64,000 bases of DNA from Thermoproteota archaeon (GTDB lineage: Archaea > Thermoproteota > Methanomethylicia > Methanomethylicales > Methanomethylicaceae): positions 488 to 64,487 of the forward strand of contig JARXPF010000001.1 in assembly GCA_029887765.1 (NCBI GenBank). Direction: 5' to 3'. Positions 58,603 through 64,000 of this stretch are shown piece by piece. Below the pieces are notes generated by a model. The model was given only the letters and a program-made list of their open reading frames with translations. It had not been told where the DNA came from and did no database searches. How positions within the stretch are numbered: the first letter of the stretch is position 1; the number at the start of each line of letters is the position of its first letter. A program made the translations under genes and the position numbers.

Positions 58603-59357
58603 ACATACATTAGTGGAAGTTCATACTCTTGAGACTTGCCCATTCTCTTCAAATTTTCCGCAGTTTTTCTCATGAGTTCTCTAGCACTTAATCTTATTTC
58701 TTCAGATTTATCCATTAAAGATTTTACATCAATGTTTAATGATATTAATTTATTAAGAGCTGAAATTACAGAAGCTGCTGCTCCAGGATCAGGATAATTT
58801 GGATAAGATTCTGCCAAAAGTACAAGATTTGGAATTTTTTCTTGTAAAGAATATTTAGCTATTAAAGCATATGGTCCTGCTAAAAACCCTTCTTCCATTA
58901 TAGGGATATCCAGCTTCTTCATATTATCTCTTATATAATCCATATTTGATGCTCCATATACTTTCGGAACTTCTATATCAAGTCTATTTGGAACACCAAC
59001 ACCTCCAAGAGAAATAAGTAATGAAGTTTTCTTTTCTTTAGACCAATTTACTATGGATTTTGCTAAAGGAAATATAGATTCTGGTGTAAGTGCTATTTCA
59101 GAAAATATTGCAAGTATATTCTCTTTTTGATAAATTCTTAATGGATACGTAGGAGTTCCTTTATGAAATACAACTATTGGTGGAAATAATTCTGAATCTA
59201 TGTATGCTACTTCTTCCATGTTTAGAGATTTTATTATATGAGATACTGCAATTACCCCAACAAGTCCAATATCTGGAAGGCCACAAATTACTATAGGATT
59301 TTCTATTTTTATGTGAACTGTCTCTATTATAGAAATCTCTTCCATAATTAAACCCAA
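58599..59357 (-). CDS. PAC2-family (proteasome assembly chaperone, PbaA/B-like) protein.
   Basis: 252 aa with ICGLPDIGLVGVIA, typical of archaeal PAC2 (COG1938) proteins. Confidence 0.6.
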   Translation of the reverse strand: MGLIMEEISIIETVHIKIENPIVICGLPDIGLVGVIAVSHIIKSLNMEEVAYIDSELFPPIVVFHKGTPTYPLRIYQKENILAIFSEIALTPESIFPLAKSIVNWSKEKKTSLLISLGGVGVPNRLDIEVPKVYGASNMDYIRDNMKKLDIPIMEEGFLAGPYALIAKYSLQEKIPNLVLLAESYPNYPDPGAAASVISALNKLISLNIDVKSLMDKSEEIRLSARELMRKTAENLKRMGKSQEYELPLMYV

Positions 59358-59378
59358 ATATTTATAGTATTTTCATAT

Positions 59379-60677
59379 TTAAGTAATTTCTTCTAAAATT
59401 AATATTGGTCCATCTTTATCAATTATTTTATATTTTTTTCCTTTCTTCATACCCGTACTACATTTAGCTTGCCAATGTTCTCCTCTAAATAAAACAAAAG
59501 CAACTTCATTTGGTTGTGCATCTGAAATTGCAGTTACAATTTCTCCAGCTATTTTTCCAATAGTAGAAGGTCTTTTTCTTACTTGTATTATTCTTACAAT
59601 TATAAATACAAATGTTGCTGATAAAATTAAAGCAATAGCTGTTATAGAGTATGTAAATGTTGCATACCATTCACTAGAAATTGCCCATTTCTCAGGAGTA
59701 AATGGTACTATAAAAAGTGCACCAAATGTTAATAATATTATTCCAGATATACCAAAAAGTCCAAAACCAGGAGTTGCAAGTTCATATACCAATAATATTG
59801 TTCCTATTATCATCATTATAAGTGAAGCTATATTTATATCAAATCCCATTCCAATTAATGCTAATAATATTGCAATAGCTCCAATTATTTCTCCACCATG
59901 ACCAGGGGCAGATAAACCATAAATTAAAGCCAATAAACCTATTAAAAATAATAAACTAGAAATTGTTGGATCTGATATTACGTTAATAAGACTATCTCTT
60001 AATCTAAAATTATATTCTATAATTTTTGCATTAGCTGTTTTAAGAGTTACATTTCCAATTGATGTATTAACAGACATTCCATCAATTTTTTTAAGTAATG
60101 ATTCAATATTATCAGCTCTAACTTCAATTACTCCATAATTATAAGCTTCTTCATCATCAACATTTAAATTTTCAGTAATAAACTTAATAGCTAAAGTTTC
60201 GTTCCTTCCATGTGCTTTAGCATGTGTTGACATTACAGATATTAAAGCATTTATTATCTTTGTGTCATTAATAGGAGTACTGCCAAAAGGAGAATAAGAA
60301 ATAGGTTGACAAGATCCAATTACAGTATGTGGAGCCATTGCTGCAATATGACATGCCATTAATATATATGTACCAGCAGACCATGCTGTAGTACCAGAAG
60401 GATAGACATAACCAATTATTGGAATTGGTGAATTAGTTATTAAAGTAATAATTTTTAGAGTGGCATCTAAACTTCCACCAGGTGTAGAAAGCACAATTAC
60501 TATTGCAGAAATGCCTTCATATTTTGCAATATTAATTGCATCTGCAAGTGCTTCATAATGAGCAATAGATATTGTGCCAGTAATTTTAAATACTAATACT
60601 TTTTCTTCAATAGAATTAACTTGTGTAAATAATAAAAATGAAAAAATTAATATTAAGAAAATTACTGCTCTTTTCAT
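59379..60677 (-). CDS. NfeD-family membrane-bound ClpP-class serine protease (stomatin-operon partner).
   Basis: 432 aa with a signal sequence, an N-terminal ClpP-like domain (STPGGSLDAT), central TM helices and a C-terminal OB domain. Confidence 0.8.
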   Translation of the reverse strand: MKRAVIFLILIFSFLLFTQVNSIEEKVLVFKITGTISIAHYEALADAINIAKYEGISAIVIVLSTPGGSLDATLKIITLITNSPIPIIGYVYPSGTTAWSAGTYILMACHIAAMAPHTVIGSCQPISYSPFGSTPINDTKIINALISVMSTHAKAHGRNETLAIKFITENLNVDDEEAYNYGVIEVRADNIESLLKKIDGMSVNTSIGNVTLKTANAKIIEYNFRLRDSLINVISDPTISSLLFLIGLLALIYGLSAPGHGGEIIGAIAILLALIGMGFDINIASLIMMIIGTILLVYELATPGFGLFGISGIILLTFGALFIVPFTPEKWAISSEWYATFTYSITAIALILSATFVFIIVRIIQVRKRPSTIGKIAGEIVTAISDAQPNEVAFVLFRGEHWQAKCSTGMKKGKKYKIIDKDGPILILEEIT

Positions 60678-61477
60678 TTTCCTGATTTATCTAATGCTTT
60701 AGCAACACCAGCAAATTCTGCAATTCCTGGTGTACCTACAGTAGTAACTAAAATCAAATTCTTCTCTCTTGCAACTTCAGATATCATTTGAAATTCTCTA
60801 AGACGAAGTGCAATTGGATTCTTTTCATAAAGTTTTGCAGCTTCACTCATTCTCTTTGCAGCTTCATATTCTCCTTCTGCAATTATTACTCTTGATCTTC
60901 TTTCTCTCTCAGCTTCAGCTTGTTTTGCCATTGCTCTTTGTAATGATTCAGGTAAAACAACATCTTTTATAACTACAGCTGTAACTTTTATTCCCCAAGC
61001 ATCAGTTGGAATATCTAAAGCCATTTGAAGTTTTTGATTTAATTCTTCTCTTTTTACTAATAAATCATCAAGAGTTGCTTGTCCAATAGTATCTCTTAAA
61101 GTTGTTTGTGCAAGTAGATTTGTAGAAAGTACATAATTTTCTACATTAACAATGGCTTTTACAGGATCATAAACTCTATAATAAACCACGGCATCAACTT
61201 GAACAGTTACATTATCTTTTGTTATTATTGTTTGTCTTGGTACATCAAAAGTAAGGACTCTTAAGTCTACTCTTCTAAATGTATCAACAAATGGAATTAT
61301 AAAGAATATTCCTGGACCTTTTGTACCTAGTAGTCTTCCTAATCTAAATATGACAGCTCTTTCATATTCCTTAACTATCTTTATAGCAGAAGCTAAGAAC
61401 CAAAGTATTATAACTAATATAATAATATACACAAGAAAGTTTGCTATAGTAGGAATTATTTGTTGAATTGGAATCAA
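60674..61477 (-). CDS. SPFH/band-7 (stomatin/prohibitin-like) protein with a TTG start.
   Basis: 267 aa with YERAVIFRLGRL and a coiled-coil tail. GAGGAGGT Shine-Dalgarno 5 nt upstream of the TTG. Confidence 0.85.
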   Translation of the reverse strand: MIPIQQIIPTIANFLVYIIILVIILWFLASAIKIVKEYERAVIFRLGRLLGTKGPGIFFIIPFVDTFRRVDLRVLTFDVPRQTIITKDNVTVQVDAVVYYRVYDPVKAIVNVENYVLSTNLLAQTTLRDTIGQATLDDLLVKREELNQKLQMALDIPTDAWGIKVTAVVIKDVVLPESLQRAMAKQAEAERERRSRVIIAEGEYEAAKRMSEAAKLYEKNPIALRLREFQMISEVAREKNLILVTTVGTPGIAEFAGVAKALDKSGK

Positions 61478-61694
61478 ATTTGGACCTCCTCAAGAAATAT
61501 TATAAAACAGAAATATATTCTCTACTCTTGAGGTTCCCATAAATAAAGCGACCTTTCCCAAACTACATCAATTCTATTACGCAATTTCTTTTTATTTCTT
61601 CTAGGAATTTTCTTTTTTAATACTAACAATTTAGTCTCCATTAAATATATTATTTGTCGAAATATATAATGATTTCCTTCGGCTTTTATCTTAG

Positions 61695-62738
61695 TTAAAT
61701 TCGTCTTTTGTCTAATATAATTCTACGTAGTACTTCTGCCATAATTTCATAAGTTCTATCAATTTTACCAAAAATGTTTGACCCTGCATTATAAACATCA
61801 AATTCCATAATATCTGCACCAATAATTTTAGATTTTGACTTATTTATACATGAAATTAGAGAATATAATTCATTATGTGATATTCCTAAATAATCTAAAA
61901 ATCTCGCACCTTTAATTGAAACATTAGCACAAATATCTACATCAATAGAAATATAAGTATAAGGAAGAGAAGTATTTGAAATAATTTTACATACATCATC
62001 AAAATGCTTTTTTATATCATCTTTTTTAATAATATGGACTTTAGACTCTTCTATACTTTTATAAAATTCAACATATTTTTTTACTCTTTCATCATTTATT
62101 TCTTCAGCAATCTTAGGAGGATAATCACTTACACCGATTAGGAAAATATTTTCTGGAGGCAATTCTTTTGAAATATAATTTAGAAAAGAATCTGCATTAT
62201 AACTATCTGGTCTATTGTAGATATATGGGTCATAAGGAGAGAATTTTGTATTTGGATTATTTTCTAAATCATAGTGTATAAGTCCACATCTTATTGTAGG
62301 TAATATGAAATCAGTATGACTATCAAATACTATTAATCTAATATTTTCATGACCATATTCTTTACATAATGCTCTTATAGCTCCACCTGAAAGTGAGTGA
62401 TCAACTCCTATTAAAATAGGAAAATCTGGAATTATATTTTTGTAAATATTTTCCATTAATTGATCAGCATATTCTTTACAACCATTCGAATCTATGAAAG
62501 TTACAATATTCTCTACAGTAACCATGAATATCATTTCTGAGGGGGGTGTAGGAGTAAGCCATAATTCTATATCATTTTTAATTAAATTAAAACGCTCTTC
62601 AAGTTGATTTAATATTCCAATAGCAGGATCTTTAAACAATACATTCCTATAATTTTCTTTACAAGCATTTATTTTCCTATTTATATAAGCAATTCTTTCA
62701 TCAGGATCTAATAAACCATTAATAAATTTAAAATTCAT
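61695..62738 (-). CDS. Arginase/agmatinase/formiminoglutamase-family ureohydrolase.
   Basis: 347 aa with GVDHSLSGGAI and DSHTDF Mn-binding motifs. Confidence 0.75.
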   Translation of the reverse strand: MNFKFINGLLDPDERIAYINRKINACKENYRNVLFKDPAIGILNQLEERFNLIKNDIELWLTPTPPSEMIFMVTVENIVTFIDSNGCKEYADQLMENIYKNIIPDFPILIGVDHSLSGGAIRALCKEYGHENIRLIVFDSHTDFILPTIRCGLIHYDLENNPNTKFSPYDPYIYNRPDSYNADSFLNYISKELPPENIFLIGVSDYPPKIAEEINDERVKKYVEFYKSIEESKVHIIKKDDIKKHFDDVCKIISNTSLPYTYISIDVDICANVSIKGARFLDYLGISHNELYSLISCINKSKSKIIGADIMEFDVYNAGSNIFGKIDRTYEIMAEVLRRIILDKRRI

Positions 62739-62754
62739 AAAAAAGAGAGAAAAA

Positions 62755-63996
62755 TTATTTTTTCTTTATTATAGGCTCAAGTATTTCAGTTATATCGAGC
62801 ATTTGCATTTTTGCCTTTGATGTATTTATAGCATCACTTAAGTTTCTCCAACAGAATGGACATACACTAGTAATCACTGATGCACCAGTAGATTCAGCTT
62901 CTTTTATACGTTTAACTGAAGTTTCAATTGAATAATCTGGATAACCTCCTCTAACACCACCACCAGCACCGCAACAGAATGCAAATTTTCTATTTCTATA
63001 CATTTCAACAAACTTTACACCAGGAATGGCTTTTAGTACATTACGTGGTGATTCATAAACTCCAGCATGTCTTCCTAAGTGACAAGGATCATGGTATGTG
63101 ACTATGTTATTAAAGCTTCCTTCGAATTCAATTTCACCTTTCTTAATCATGTCTTCTACTAATTGAATTGTATGAATTACTTTAACGCCTTCCATTTTTC
63201 CAAATTTATCTGTATAACCTTCTGGTGGTTCTTTCATATAATCAATTGATAACGTTCTATAACAACCAGCACATGTAGTTATAAAGCCACTTGCACCATA
63301 TTTTTCAGGAAGTTCTCTATTATGCTCTATGAATTCTTTTGCAATATTGTATTGACCAGTCCTTAATAATGGAGATGCACAACACCATTCATCTGGAACT
63401 ACTGTGAAGTCTACTTTTAATTTTTGAAGAAGTTTTACAGTAGCTAAGGCAATATTCTTTTGTCTATAAGATGCTGTACATCCTACAAAGTATATGTATT
63501 CAGCTTTCTTTGGAAGAGATTCTCTAATACTAATTGGTAACCAATTTAATCTATCTTCATGTTTTTCAAGATATGGATTCTTATTTGCTTGTATTGTAGA
63601 ACTCCATTTCTTCACACCTTCAGGTATGCCCATGTTAAACTTCCAAGCTTCACCCTTAAGAACTTCAAACATTCTTAGAAGATAGTCCTTTATATCAGTC
63701 TCACACATTTCTTTGCATGCACCACAACCTATACATGTGTAAATTACATGAGTGACTTTTTCAGACCATTGAATCATTCCACTAAGAAGACCTTTAGCAA
63801 GAGCTGCTTTTCCTTTAGATCCTCTATAGGCTTCAAATTGATATTTATCACCTTGAGGACATATCATAGCTGCAAAGTTTTCAGTAGCACCATATTCATA
63901 GCCATATTTACAATTTCCACATTGAGTACACATGGAAATTTTATCATAAAGTTGAGCTAATTCTTTCAAATCAGTATTTCTCAATACTAGAGCCAT
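62755..63996 (-). CDS. HdrD/GlcF-like iron-sulfur oxidoreductase with 4Fe-4S ferredoxin motifs and two CCG domains.
   Basis: 413 aa with CTQCGNCKY and CIGCGACKEMC clusters, plus CCG motifs (CCASPLL; CCGAGGG). Confidence 0.75.
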   Translation of the reverse strand: MALVLRNTDLKELAQLYDKISMCTQCGNCKYGYEYGATENFAAMICPQGDKYQFEAYRGSKGKAALAKGLLSGMIQWSEKVTHVIYTCIGCGACKEMCETDIKDYLLRMFEVLKGEAWKFNMGIPEGVKKWSSTIQANKNPYLEKHEDRLNWLPISIRESLPKKAEYIYFVGCTASYRQKNIALATVKLLQKLKVDFTVVPDEWCCASPLLRTGQYNIAKEFIEHNRELPEKYGASGFITTCAGCYRTLSIDYMKEPPEGYTDKFGKMEGVKVIHTIQLVEDMIKKGEIEFEGSFNNIVTYHDPCHLGRHAGVYESPRNVLKAIPGVKFVEMYRNRKFAFCCGAGGGVRGGYPDYSIETSVKRIKEAESTGASVITSVCPFCWRNLSDAINTSKAKMQMLDITEILEPIIKKK

Positions 63997-64000
63997 TTTA

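Noticed and set aside
61478-61560. Inverted repeat (CCTCAAGA…TCTTGAGG) upstream of the stomatin gene, as a possible regulatory hairpin.
   Set aside because: Part of it is simply the GAGGAGGT ribosome-binding region of the TTG-initiated stomatin gene. The remainder is short and AT-flanked, with no T-tract, so evidence is insufficient for a feature.

Overview
This is a compact, very AT-rich (roughly 30% GC) archaeal chromosomal segment with genes on both strands and many 4-nt ATGA start/stop overlaps. Taxon cannot be fixed from sequence alone. The CRISPR repeat ending in ATTGAAAG, an Alba gene, a LysW-type lysine/arginine cluster and a stomatin-NfeD pair point to a (hyper)thermophilic TACK/crenarchaeote-like organism. 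The window opens inside the trailer end of a CRISPR array; no cas genes are seen inside the window. The rest is mostly housekeeping: MTAP, PRTase, a homocitrate/isopropylmalate synthase, IDH, thrB/thrC, Elp3/Trm5/Trm9-like tRNA modification, a lysXYZJK operon with an Lrp-type regulator, a BMP-family ABC transporter, and the stomatin/NfeD pair. Two features stand out. First, an operon encoding an MtmC-like corrinoid protein plus two tandem full-length MtmB-like (monomethylamine methyltransferase family) paralogs with no in-frame amber codon, in a genome context with no methanogenesis genes. Second, a 1010-aa HerA/DUF87-like P-loop ATPase fused to a long coiled coil and a C-terminal array of about 13 tandem Cys-rich zinc-knuckle repeats. 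Also notable: three SSS-family symporters, each preceded by a tiny translationally coupled membrane peptide and each linked to an adenylate-forming CoA ligase; a phenylacetate-CoA-ligase-like gene whose N-terminal coding region lacks any start codon, with a GC-rich hairpin-forming element immediately upstream; and a NifB-like radical SAM gene without nitrogenase context. No tRNA or rRNA genes were recognised.
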